The notes beneath the pieces are model-generated. The model was not told the DNA's origin and did not search any database. It saw nothing but the letters and a program-made list of their open reading frames with translations. A stretch of DNA of 64,000 nucleotides from a virus (taxonomy: Duplodnaviria; Heunggongvirae; Uroviricota; Caudoviricetes), in the IMG/VR virus record IMGVR_UViG_3300033069_001022, positions 26,960 through 90,959 of that record, one strand, 5' to 3'. Position 1 is the stretch's first letter; every line of letters begins with the position of its first letter. Shown here piece by piece: positions 8,649 through 16,569 of this stretch. Both the position numbers and the translations under genes were made by a program.

Positions 8649-8897
8649 TTAATAATAAAATTCTTGATTTAAATTTTCATCTAATATAATTAGATCTTCT
8701 CCTATTTTATAACAATTGTTATGTCTCTTATTATCCCATAAAACTGAATAAGTAATATCATCATCATAACCATCTATAGTACCTTTAATATTTAAAGGAT
8801 TACTACTATCAGGGTCATTTGATCCATAACCAGCATATTGAGATGTAGGATTTAACAATACTCTTGTTCCAATTGGAATTTCATTTTCTTTCTTCAT
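8649..8897 (-). CDS. hypothetical small protein (ends ...QEFYY)
   Basis: ORF track. Confidence 0.5.
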   Translation of the reverse strand: MKKENEIPIGTRVLLNPTSQYAGYGSNDPDSSNPLNIKGTIDGYDDDITYSVLWDNKRHNNCYKIGEDLIILDENLNQEFYY

Positions 8898-8912
8898 ATA
8901 TGGTTTATTTGT

Positions 8913-9101
8913 TTAATATATTTCTTCAGAAGGAATTACTTTAACTTCTTCATACCATTCCTTATAATACCCATAACTACCAAAATTTCTCTCAGGAAAA
9001 GTATCTTCTGTTATATAATCTCCTTTTGTATAAGTGAAAAGAATCTCCTTATCCTTTTCATCTTTATAATCCCAGCTTTGTAATACTTTATAATATTTCA
9101 T
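8913..9101 (-). CDS. YEIY-tail family member (ends ...PSEEIY)
   Basis: MKYYKVLQ... Its ATG is in an ATGA overlap with the gene upstream. Confidence 0.5.
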   Translation of the reverse strand: MKYYKVLQSWDYKDEKDKEILFTYTKGDYITEDTFPERNFGSYGYYKEWYEEVKVIPSEEIY

Positions 9102-9273
9102 GATAACTGTTTTGTTTTAAAACCATATAGAATTTTACCTGATGTAGGTGGACTATTACTATAATATGGAACTACGTAATTTTTCCCATTATAGGACTCA
9201 ATATAAGTAATCTTACATCTTTGTCCAGCCTTAATTCTTCAGGACAAAGATAATAAAATTTAGTAGATTTCAT
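9102..9273 (-). pseudogene. small family-type gene interrupted by a frameshift at an A5 run (plus-strand ttttt at 9180-9184)
   Basis: MKSTKFYYLCPEELRLDKDVRLLILSPIMGKIT-stop; the other frame continues ...NYVVPYYSNSPPTSGKILYGFKTKQLS-stop. One extra A gives a contiguous 58-aa ORF. Its ATG sits inside the YEIY-stop of 9260..9502. Confidence 0.3.
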
Positions 9274-9502
9274 AATTAATAAATTTATCTATAGGAACAA
9301 AGTTTTTTCGTACTCTAGATATTAATAATTGTTGTAATTCTTCATTTGTTGCTTGTCTATAATGATAATATTGATAGTAAGTTAACTCTCTATCAAGGTA
9401 CACTCCTTCTGAAAGTCTTAAAAACCCATTTTCTTTATATTGAAATACCATATTATCTTGAGCAACATAACAAACATTTTCTATTAAATCAGTAGATTTC
9501 AT
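9260..9502 (-). CDS. YEIY-tail family member (MKSTDLIENV..., ATNEELQQLL, ...NYEIY)
   Basis: ORF track; conserved motifs. Confidence 0.55.
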   Translation of the reverse strand: MKSTDLIENVCYVAQDNMVFQYKENGFLRLSEGVYLDRELTYYQYYHYRQATNEELQQLLISRVRKNFVPIDKFINYEIY

Positions 9503-9722
9503 AATTAGGATTTTTTATTTCATTTATAATGTCGTAAGGACCTATATGCTCTAAGGAAAAACCATAATCACCAATATTGATATCATCTCTTTCTATTTGT
9601 TTTACAACTCCTATAAATGGGTACTTTAAAGAAAAAGGACAATTATTTATTAAGCCACTACTCCAAAAGTTAGGCTTTGTGTGAATAACTATCTGATCTC
9701 CAACCGATATCTTTCTTCTCAT
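9489..9722 (-). CDS. YEIY-tail family member (start trimmed to MRRKISVGDQ; the track ORF extends to 9761)
   Basis: Ends ...NPNYEIY. An A10 tract on the coding strand lies 3 nt upstream of the ATG. Confidence 0.45.
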   Translation of the reverse strand: MRRKISVGDQIVIHTKPNFWSSGLINNCPFSLKYPFIGVVKQIERDDINIGDYGFSLEHIGPYDIINEIKNPNYEIY

Positions 9723-9882
9723 ATATTTTTTTTTTAAAATTATATCTTTTTTCATCCTCAATTAGAGGAGGGTAATTTTTCAATAACCTATTTAATTCGG
9801 CTATTTTTTCAGAGTTAGCAGGGAACTTAGCTTGTTCCATATATATCTGTCTCTTAATCTTTTGTCTTTCTGATATATTCAT
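9670..9882 (-). CDS. hypothetical protein (70 aa); overlaps 9489..9722 in another frame
   Basis: ORF track; contains the A10 tract at 9726-9735. Confidence 0.4.
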   Translation of the reverse strand: MNISERQKIKRQIYMEQAKFPANSEKIAELNRLLKNYPPLIEDEKRYNFKKKIYEKKDIGWRSDSYSHKA

Positions 9883-9885
9883 AAG

Positions 9886-10149
9886 TTAGTATATTTCTTC
9901 TTCAGAAACAGATCTCTCTACATATCTACCTTCTCGTTTACATAACTCAAACCATAATATTTCATCTGGAGTAGCCAATCTAATATCTTTGGCTTTAGCA
10001 ATTCCGTTAAAATCTCCGGAAGCTTTATAAAATAATTTTTCTGTTATAGACAAATTATCGCAATTTCCTAAGTTTTTAGTAGCTTTAAATATATAAGTAT
10101 ATTTATTACTCCATTCAGAATAATAATATTGATCTTTAATAAATTTCAT
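9886..10149 (-). CDS. YEIY-tail family member (ATPDEILWFELCKREGRY, ...SEEEIY)
   Basis: ORF track; conserved C-terminal block. Confidence 0.55.
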   Translation of the reverse strand: MKFIKDQYYYSEWSNKYTYIFKATKNLGNCDNLSITEKLFYKASGDFNGIAKAKDIRLATPDEILWFELCKREGRYVERSVSEEEIY

Positions 10150-10387
10150 AATTAGCGTCTTTAATGTAAGGTAATAAATCTTGTTCTTTTACCATATAAT
10201 AATTACTTGCTTTATAGTTGGGACTTTCTATACAGTAATAGTAATCACCTTTAAAAGTCTTCTTTGAAAATATTTTATAAATTCCCTTTTTAAAAATTCT
10301 TAATTCATTATTTGAACTATCTAACCAATGAGAGCATCTGAATTTTAAAATTACATTTGAGAGAATTTCAATAGTATTCTGGTTCAT
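10136..10387 (-). CDS. YEIY-tail family member (...DANYEIY)
   Basis: ORF track. Confidence 0.55.
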   Translation of the reverse strand: MNQNTIEILSNVILKFRCSHWLDSSNNELRIFKKGIYKIFSKKTFKGDYYYCIESPNYKASNYYMVKEQDLLPYIKDANYEIY

Positions 10388-10688
10388 AAATTATATTTTT
10401 TATATTTGTAATACCTTTTTCAAAGGCTTGAATCTCTATATCTGTAGCAAGTCTTACTGCTTGTGTCCAAATACCACGATCATCTTCTACAGTCCAAATA
10501 ATTCTATTATTATCAGTAAAATATTTTATCTGACATACAAGTCCTTCTTCATAACCTGTGCCACCTTTTAAAAGTATTTCTTCATCTTCATCTGAATTAT
10601 TAAATCCAGGTAAACAAACAACTATATCTTTTTCTTTCATAACAATAAGTTTTAAAAACCCTCTCCCCAATAAAGGAGAGAGGGACAC
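10368..10688 (-). CDS. small protein, possible family member (ends ...EPEYY)
   Basis: ORF track. Confidence 0.5.
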   Translation of the reverse strand: MSLSPLLGRGFLKLIVMKEKDIVVCLPGFNNSDEDEEILLKGGTGYEEGLVCQIKYFTDNNRIIWTVEDDRGIWTQAVRLATDIEIQAFEKGITNIKNIIYEPEYY

Positions 10689-10690
10689 AC
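10655..10690 (-). terminator. terminator-like hairpin
   Basis: CCCTCTCCCC ... GGAGAGAGGG inverted repeat plus a T-run on the minus strand, just after the stop of 10698..11024. Confidence 0.45.
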
Positions 10691-10697
10691 TGCAAAA

Positions 10698-11024
10698 CTA
10701 ACAAACCTTATTCAAAACTGAATCAACAACCAAATATTCACCTTGTATATGAAACAAAATTACACCCTTTTGAGTAACTATCATTCCATCAGTAAGGGAA
10801 GCAAAGGAAACTGTACAGGTTCCTAGTCCCAATGCAGATAAAGGATATATAAATACAGGCAACCCCCTATCAAAACCATATTTTGGCTTAACAGCTTGAC
10901 AAAGACTCTCAATTTTTAATTTGAGATACAATTTAGGATTAATAGGATTGATAAAGAACTTATTAACTCCTTCCATAGGATTTACTTCTTTACCTTCCGT
11001 AAAGTTGAAAAACATTGTTTTCAT
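10698..11024 (-). CDS. hypothetical protein (108 aa)
   Basis: ORF track. Confidence 0.5.
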   Translation of the reverse strand: MKTMFFNFTEGKEVNPMEGVNKFFINPINPKLYLKLKIESLCQAVKPKYGFDRGLPVFIYPLSALGLGTCTVSFASLTDGMIVTQKGVILFHIQGEYLVVDSVLNKVC

Positions 11025-11039
11025 TTTTATATTTATTTA

Positions 11040-11348
11040 TTAGTGAAAAATTAAAACCCCCCTACCAAATGGTAAGGGGATTAATCCCAGTTTCGTAGGA
11101 ATTACTTCGCATTAGGCAACCATTCTCATAGCTGACCTTCTGAAGGAGATTACTCTGCCTTTTAGGTTTACTGATAATCTCTTATTACTGTTATATTGCT
11201 GTCAAAGCCGGTCAGCCCCACCATACCTTACTCAAGGGTATGGTACTTTTAAATGTACACCATGACTAAACATATGGTGGAGCTGTCGGGAATCGAACCC
11301 GAGTCCAAACAATCACCTGATAATAAGTGTCTACGACTATCATTTATT
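11040..11348 (-). ncRNA. tmRNA-like (ssrA-like) element with circularly permuted order: acceptor-like 3' piece (11275-11348), 54-nt hairpin spacer, then 5'-GGGGCUGA... piece running to a terminator (11040-11219)
   Basis: Minus strand reads ...GGACTCGGGTTCGATTCCCGACAGCTCCACCA (T-arm 5-7-5, acceptor 3' strand, encoded CCA; essentially the canonical tmRNA 3' end). After 54 nt (hairpin ccatacc/ggtatgg) comes GGGGCTGACCGGCTTTGACAGC... (the canonical tmRNA 5' start; GGGGCTG pairs with CAGCTCC including a G3:U70 wobble), ending in the hairpin CCCCTTACCA/TGGTAGGGGG plus TTTTAATTTTT. Confidence 0.4.
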
Positions 11349-11524
11349 TTAAGCTTCCTGCATAGCAGGCTCAGCTATTATTTCATAATTTACATAAGAT
11401 AAATTAAGTTCTTTTCTTAATTCATCTCCAGCTCTGAGAGCTATTTCTTCATTATGATAAGGAGTTTTAGAATCATAAACACTTTCCTTAGTTACTTTGC
11501 TTATAATTTTAAAGAAATGTTCCA
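11349..11524 (-). CDS. small hypothetical protein (58 aa) immediately upstream of the tmRNA-like element
   Basis: Manual translation MEHFFKIISKVTKESVYDSKTPYHNEEIALRAGDELRKELNLSYVNYEIIAEPAMQEA. Confidence 0.35.
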
Positions 11525-11537
11525 TGTTTAAGTAGTT

Positions 11538-11723
11538 TTAAGTGATTAATAATTCTTTTACTCTGTATATTCTATTATGGCGATCTATCCATAAAGAATG
11601 ACAATTCAAATGATTTATACCATCTTCATATATATTACGAAAATGTCTTAGTTTAAGTCTATTGGCTTTTTCTAAACTAATAATTTTAAACCACCTGATG
11701 TACCATAGTTCTATATTTCTCAT
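11538..11723 (-). CDS. hypothetical basic protein (61 aa)
   Basis: ORF track. Confidence 0.4.
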   Translation of the reverse strand: MRNIELWYIRWFKIISLEKANRLKLRHFRNIYEDGINHLNCHSLWIDRHNRIYRVKELLIT

Positions 11724-11922
11724 ATTTTAGGACATTTTACTTGCCTTAAATGTGGATGAACAGGTTTTCCCCATACCAATTTATAATTACAAGAGCTAAT
11801 CAGTAATGAAATGCATACAAATATAAATAGTTTTTTCATAATTTTAAAATTTAAAAAGGAGAAAAGATTACTCTTCTCTCCTTATATTACCACCTGAACC
11901 TATGTTTTATAGTTAAATTTGT

Positions 11923-12129
11923 TTATTCAGACTCTAAGTGATTAAAATTATACACAATTTCCTGTCCAGTTTTATCAAAAAACCTGGCATGAGACATACT
12001 TTTATCCGGTCTACGGGCTATGATTTTATCAGCACCTGCTTCAGATGTGCATCTCATTGATTCATTAACTGTTTTATACTTTGAAGGAGTAGTATCCCAG
12101 AAAGTAATAATTAAACGATTTTTTGGCAT
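11923..12129 (-). CDS. hypothetical protein (68 aa)
   Basis: ORF track. Confidence 0.45.
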   Translation of the reverse strand: MPKNRLIITFWDTTPSKYKTVNESMRCTSEAGADKIIARRPDKSMSHARFFDKTGQEIVYNFNHLESE

Positions 12130-12140
12130 GATGAATGGTT

Positions 12141-12311
12141 TAAATACGTGATTGTAAAGTGGTTATTTCTATTTTTATTCTTTTTATATCTGTATCAGAT
12201 AAAGGAATTAGACCTTCTTTAGTAGGTTTTTGACCTGTTTTTAACTGATTTTGCAGATAGTACAGAGATCTTTTTCTTCTTGAAAAAACTCCACCTGATG
12301 TTCTTTGTGCC
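12141..12311 (-). CDS. small basic hypothetical protein (about 57 aa)
   Basis: Manual translation MAQRTSGGVFSRRKRSLYYLQNQLKTGQKPTKEGLIPLSDTDIKRIKIEITTLQSRI. Confidence 0.3.
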
Positions 12312-12320
12312 ATTGGCTTC

Positions 12321-13097
12321 TTAGTTTTTAGTTAATTCGTTAAATAATTGTTGTAATTTTCCTTCTTCTTGTGTGGCTAAAACAAATTTTACCTTTTTCT
12401 CTTCAAGCCTTCCTAAAAATTTTGAATGTATTTTCTCATAATTCTTGGTAGAATTGATGAATTTAATATATTCAGAACATAAGTAATTATTTTCATACCT
12501 GTTCATCCTGGGAACTATTTTAAGAATATCTGTCAAATAATCTAGAATTTTTACTGAATCATTCTCATTGATAATCTTAAATTTACCACTTTTTATTCTT
12601 TTTGTAACAGACCCACTACTACCTACTCCACCACTCATAATTCCAGCAATGGTACTCAATTCAATGTCATATACCTGATAATAATGATTAAGTTTAACAT
12701 AATCAGGTATTAATGAAGACCAAGCTGTTATATAGTCTAACATAGACCAAGATTTTGAGGAAGCATTAAGTAAAGCAATAGTTTCTACAAGATCCTGTTT
12801 ATCCTTAATTTTAATGTCTGTATAAGGAATAGACATATTATTTCTAATCATTGCATTAAATAAATGCTGACCATCTATTATATATCTTTCTGGTTTTCCA
12901 GTAATAAAACTTATTACTGCTGTAGTAATAGGTCTTATACTTTTCATTCTATCTAATGAATAAGATAATTTAGTTACCTGAGCAGGATAAATGGATCTAT
13001 TTATACCAGCTAAGTATTTAAATCCAGTTTTTGAATTTTCTTTTAACCACTTTATATTTTTTAGTGGTTCATTTGACAACTTCATAGTTACCTCCAT
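12321..13097 (-). CDS. ParB/Srx-like or DGQHR-type nuclease-domain protein (258 aa)
   Basis: ERYIIDGQHLFNAMIRNN resembles the ParB N-terminal/DndB DGQHR motif. Confidence 0.45.
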   Translation of the reverse strand: MEVTMKLSNEPLKNIKWLKENSKTGFKYLAGINRSIYPAQVTKLSYSLDRMKSIRPITTAVISFITGKPERYIIDGQHLFNAMIRNNMSIPYTDIKIKDKQDLVETIALLNASSKSWSMLDYITAWSSLIPDYVKLNHYYQVYDIELSTIAGIMSGGVGSSGSVTKRIKSGKFKIINENDSVKILDYLTDILKIVPRMNRYENNYLCSEYIKFINSTKNYEKIHSKFLGRLEEKKVKFVLATQEEGKLQQLFNELTKN

Positions 13098-13189
13098 TGT
13101 TTTTTAGTTAATTAAAATTGGTTTATGTATATGTGTTTCTACTTCCCAAACATCACATTCAGGACAGTAGATAAGATCTGTTATCATAA

Positions 13190-13459
13190 TTAGTAAATTT
13201 CAGGTGATTCATCTAAAAACTGTATATTTTCCACTGCTATATTACTATCTTTTAGTTTTTTTAAAGTACCATTACTCATTCCCCAAGAGTTTCTGTATCC
13301 TTGCCAATCTTTCGGATAAGGATCTCCACTATATGCTGTATTATGTAATAGATAATATCTACCGCTATCATACATAATCATAGCGTTATTTGCAAAATTA
13401 CCTTTTATAGTACATGATATCTTTTTACCATGCATATCTGGTGTTAAATTTGTTATCAT
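13190..13459 (-). CDS. YEIY-tail family member (...DESPEIY)
   Basis: ORF track. Confidence 0.55.
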   Translation of the reverse strand: MITNLTPDMHGKKISCTIKGNFANNAMIMYDSGRYYLLHNTAYSGDPYPKDWQGYRNSWGMSNGTLKKLKDSNIAVENIQFLDESPEIY

Positions 13460-13461
13460 TT

Positions 13462-13713
13462 TTAATAAATTTCATATTGAAAATTAATTGCTTCTTCAGG
13501 GAATAACCTCATAACTTCTTGCATATTAGCTAATTCATAAGGACCACAAGAATTATCTATATAATCTTCTTCTTCTCTTGTTAATTGTCCATTATACATT
13601 CTAGCCTTACTGAAGTAAGTGAAATAATCATCATTCCTGGTAAATTTTATTAACCAATCATCTCCATCCATTAATTTATACCATATTCCAGGTATTAAGT
13701 CTTTTGCTTCCAT
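13462..13713 (-). CDS. YEIY-tail family member (MEAKDLIPGIWY..., ...NFQYEIY)
   Basis: N-terminal KDLIPG motif shared with 7821..8096. Confidence 0.55.
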   Translation of the reverse strand: MEAKDLIPGIWYKLMDGDDWLIKFTRNDDYFTYFSKARMYNGQLTREEEDYIDNSCGPYELANMQEVMRLFPEEAINFQYEIY

Positions 13714-13714
13714 A

Positions 13715-14062
13715 TTAATAAATTTCAGGTGAATTAAATATTATTGGAATATATTGAGGACCATCTTCTCCCTTTTTAGCAGCCCAGTATCCTTGTTTAT
13801 AAACTAAACCAATGCCTCTTCCCCACACACATAGAGTATCTGCTTTTTCATCATAATGAAATCCTTCATCTTGTATATTACTAGAAGGTAGTGACATATT
13901 TACTTTTGGACTACCTACTCTATTATTACCGTCATAAGCCATAAATTCTCCTTCTAAACAGGTAATTTTTTCCTCCTCTACATATCTTTTTCTTAAAATT
14001 TTAAGTAATTTATCAATTTTCTGTTGCATAATTTTATTTTTAGTGATCTGGATTGGATTCAA
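13715..14062 (-). CDS. YEIY-tail family member (...NSPEIY); true start may be the internal MQQKIDKL at about 14029 because the annotated 5' end overlaps the tRNA-like gene
   Basis: ORF track. Confidence 0.5.
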   Translation of the reverse strand: MNPIQITKNKIMQQKIDKLLKILRKRYVEEEKITCLEGEFMAYDGNNRVGSPKVNMSLPSSNIQDEGFHYDEKADTLCVWGRGIGLVYKQGYWAAKKGEDGPQYIPIIFNSPEIY

Positions 14063-14117
14063 ACCAATGACCCACGGTTTAGAGGACCGTTGCTCTGTTC
14101 TGCTGAGCTACCAGACC
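14044..14117 (-). tRNA. tRNA-like gene, anticodon UCU (Arg) if functional; non-canonical D-loop (no GG), C33, T-loop TTTGAAT; no encoded CCA
   Basis: Manual fold: GGTCTGG/CCAGATC acceptor (7 bp, one GU), D stem GCTC/GAGC, anticodon stem ACGGT/ACCGT with loop CCTCTAA, T stem ATTGG/CCAAT. Confidence 0.45.
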
Positions 14118-14247
14118 ATTGGTTTCTAATAATTACCAGAAAGATATGTCTCAAGACATTCTTCCCTTAATTCTTCTTCCATTTTAAGAAGTTCTTCTTC
14201 AGTGTAATCAATTTCCGACATGATATAATTTTTTAAAATGAAAAATA

Positions 14248-14283
14248 AGGTGACTCCCACCCCTTTTACAGGATGAGAGTCCA
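14248..14283 (-). promoter_or_regulatory. conserved 5'-UTR hairpin motif (copy 1): GTGACTCCCAC...ATGAGAGTCCAC
   Basis: Same architecture as 18397-18430 (stem GTGA(A)CTC, loop beginning CCAC and ending ATGA, stem GAGT(T)CAC). About 25 nt upstream of a minus-strand start. Confidence 0.4.
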
Positions 14284-14290
14284 CCATACA

Positions 14291-14488
14291 CTAAAATTTT
14301 CTTACTGTTACTACAACGTATTTACAGTATTTCCTGAGAAAATCAATTTTTCCCTTACTACGGATACCTATATCATTCTTAGCAGAATTTCCTGTTAAAA
14401 CTGATACAATACCATTAGAGATCTGGATGTCATGTTTTTTCTTAAGTTGTACTACAACTTCATGCTCTACATAATTACGAGTTTTCAT
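14291..14488 (-). CDS. hypothetical basic protein (65 aa)
   Basis: ORF track. Confidence 0.45.
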   Translation of the reverse strand: MKTRNYVEHEVVVQLKKKHDIQISNGIVSVLTGNSAKNDIGIRSKGKIDFLRKYCKYVVVTVRKF

Positions 14489-14780
14489 TGTTTTTGTTTT
14501 TTATATTAATAATGTTTTTGAATTCTCTAATGTATACTATTAACTCTTTATTCACAGCATAAGCCAGAGTCTTGCGTAATCTATAATAGTCTACATATAG
14601 AGAATAGTTATTTAGCAGATACAACCCATTCCTAAATATTTTTGCTTCTTACAATGCTGACATTCGTGCAGCTCTGACCAACAAATTATTTCTCCTTCCA
14701 TAGGATTAGGTGTTGAATTTGTATCAATATTTTTCCATTTATGAAATCCAAAGAAACATAATATTTTTCTCATAATATAT

Positions 14781-14799
14781 TTAGATTTAATTAGTTAAA
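14781..14799. repeat. direct repeat TTAGATTTAATTAGTTAAA (copy 1; copy 2 at 15128-15146)
   Basis: Exact 19-nt match seen by eye. Confidence 0.6.
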
Positions 14800-15043
14800 G
14801 AACCCTATGAAGAGGTACAAAATAACTACTTCCCACTTCATTATCTACATCAAGAACAGCCTCATCTTCAAACCAATCTTCCTCCATAAGATCTTGACTT
14901 TCAGGCCATAGTACAAGAACATAAGACTCTCTTATATTAGAAAGTAATGAAAATACCTCAGGAGTATCTTTCTGATTTATATCTTCTCTATCGTCTATGG
15001 CTTGGCCAATGGCCTCCATTGCTTTATCAAAATTTGTTATCAT
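14795..15043 (-). CDS. hypothetical acidic protein (82 aa)
   Basis: ORF track. Confidence 0.45.
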   Translation of the reverse strand: MITNFDKAMEAIGQAIDDREDINQKDTPEVFSLLSNIRESYVLVLWPESQDLMEEDWFEDEAVLDVDNEVGSSYFVPLHRVL

Positions 15044-15127
15044 TTTATTAGTTTTAAAAATTTAAAAATAGAGATTTTACACGCTAGATTTCTCCTACTA
15101 CCTTCAACCATTTGTGATGGTTTATTC

Positions 15128-15146
15128 TTAGATTTAATTAGTTAAA
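15128..15146. repeat. direct repeat TTAGATTTAATTAGTTAAA (copy 2)
   Basis: Exact match to 14781-14799. Lies in the 600-bp non-coding gap 15060-15670. Confidence 0.6.
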
Positions 15147-15670
15147 AAAATAAAGACTACCCACTTCCCCCATATTGCTACAAGAGATATATGATTTTTT
15201 TAGGGTAGTCTTTAAAAGGTTTAAAAGATAACTGGGATAAAGCATGGCAAAACCCTAATACCAATTTTGATTTTTTTAGTTATCTAAGAAGTTTAAAGGA
15301 AGAGCTATTCAATCATTAGATATTTTCAGGAGACTAACAATTTATTCACTCTTCCTAGGCATCATCTTTGGTTATCTTACTCTATTTCAGATGTACAGTA
15401 TGATGTTATTACCTACTTGTACATAGCTATAATAGAGTTGGAAACCAGATTCGACTTGGTTGGTATTACTACCCATCTATCATAACTATAATTGAGAAAT
15501 GACCTTGTCCAGGTAGTCATAGTTAACATTTGACTGTAAGTTTCTAAACTTAATAGGTAAAAGCTTCTTTCGATAGCATAACTTCCTATTGCACCCCAAT
15601 TTCGGTTATTAACATTTTTTGATAAGGTACACAGTAGAAGTCCAAAGTGGAGACTACCATGTACCTGTGA

Positions 15671-16309
15671 TTACAATTTATTATATAATTCTAAAGCTTT
15701 TTCTGCCTCATTTCTTGTAAATGTTATACAACCTATTTTCCAGGATTGTGAACTAAGAGTGTAACCATCTAGTATGTATTGAGGTCTAAAAGTAATAAGT
15801 AAAGAAGTATAAGACATAATATGTCCTTCAAAATGAAAGCCTGTCTTATCAATTCTAATTGTTTTACCACAAGCAAGTCCCAATTCATATGAAGATGGTT
15901 TATCTTCTTCATATACAGGTTCAAAAAATAAGTCAAGAACTCCTAATTCTTTGGCTTTGTTATAGGTATTACTATTTTTTTGAAAACATATTTCAGGAGT
16001 TAGAAAATAATTACAGCTTAGTAAAGAATAAGCTTGTTGAGCAGTGATTTTACCATTAAGTTTATATCCTATGAGTTTCTTTCCCTCTTTAGGAAAAACA
16101 ATATCAAAGAATTTTGTTGCAGAAATTACCAAACCACTTCCTGTAAAACACCCCTTCCAATGTTCTTCTTCTCCTAAATAAAAAGTAGCACTTCCCCTTG
16201 GTAAGGTTCTTTCTGGATAGATTTTTCCCATTATTGCAATAAGTTTATCAACATTATTGTTTTCAATGATAAATAAACCTTTTTTGAAGTTTTCGATTGA
16301 ATAAGTCAT
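15671..16309 (-). CDS. hypothetical protein (212 aa)
   Basis: ORF track. Confidence 0.5.
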   Translation of the reverse strand: MTYSIENFKKGLFIIENNNVDKLIAIMGKIYPERTLPRGSATFYLGEEEHWKGCFTGSGLVISATKFFDIVFPKEGKKLIGYKLNGKITAQQAYSLLSCNYFLTPEICFQKNSNTYNKAKELGVLDLFFEPVYEEDKPSSYELGLACGKTIRIDKTGFHFEGHIMSYTSLLITFRPQYILDGYTLSSQSWKIGCITFTRNEAEKALELYNKL

Positions 16310-16314
16310 TTGTT

Positions 16315-16545
16315 TTAAGTTAAGGTGTTATAAATATGTATAGCATCTTCCAGGTTAAGGGAAAAACCCACTCTTCTGATATGTTCTTCTCCCAATGATG
16401 TACCATTATATATTTCATAAAGGTAATTTACTTGACCATCACTACTTATAGTAATAGTCAGAAATAACTTTTTCCCTCCAGAAACATGGGAATCTTCACC
16501 AAATAATATTTGATGAGTTTTTCTTGTCAAATTAGCTAAAATCAT
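16315..16545 (-). CDS. hypothetical protein (76 aa)
   Basis: ORF track. Confidence 0.45.
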   Translation of the reverse strand: MILANLTRKTHQILFGEDSHVSGGKKLFLTITISSDGQVNYLYEIYNGTSLGEEHIRRVGFSLNLEDAIHIYNTLT

Positions 16546-16569
16546 GATAATGCTATTTAAAGGTGATTT

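Noticed and set aside
9726-9735. A10 tract (T10 on the plus strand) as a possible frameshift site fusing 9670..9882 and 9489..9761
   Set aside because: Fusion would need A9, not the +1 seen elsewhere. The downstream protein begins with the family-typical N-terminal block right at its own ATG, 3 nt after the tract. It is better read as an A-rich translation-initiation leader between two overlapping genes.
11040-11348. tmRNA-like 3' end interpreted as a simple attP core for integration into host ssrA
   Set aside because: Not fully excluded. But no integrase-like ORF occurs anywhere in the 64 kb, the element sits amid early genes, and the canonical 5' GGGGCUG acceptor strand plus a terminator are also present, which an attP copy would not need.
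12141-12311. Small basic ORF MAQRTSGG... considered as a ribosomal protein S21 homolog (known in some Bacteroidetes phages)
   Set aside because: It has no resemblance to the conserved S21 core. It is kept only as a low-confidence hypothetical CDS.
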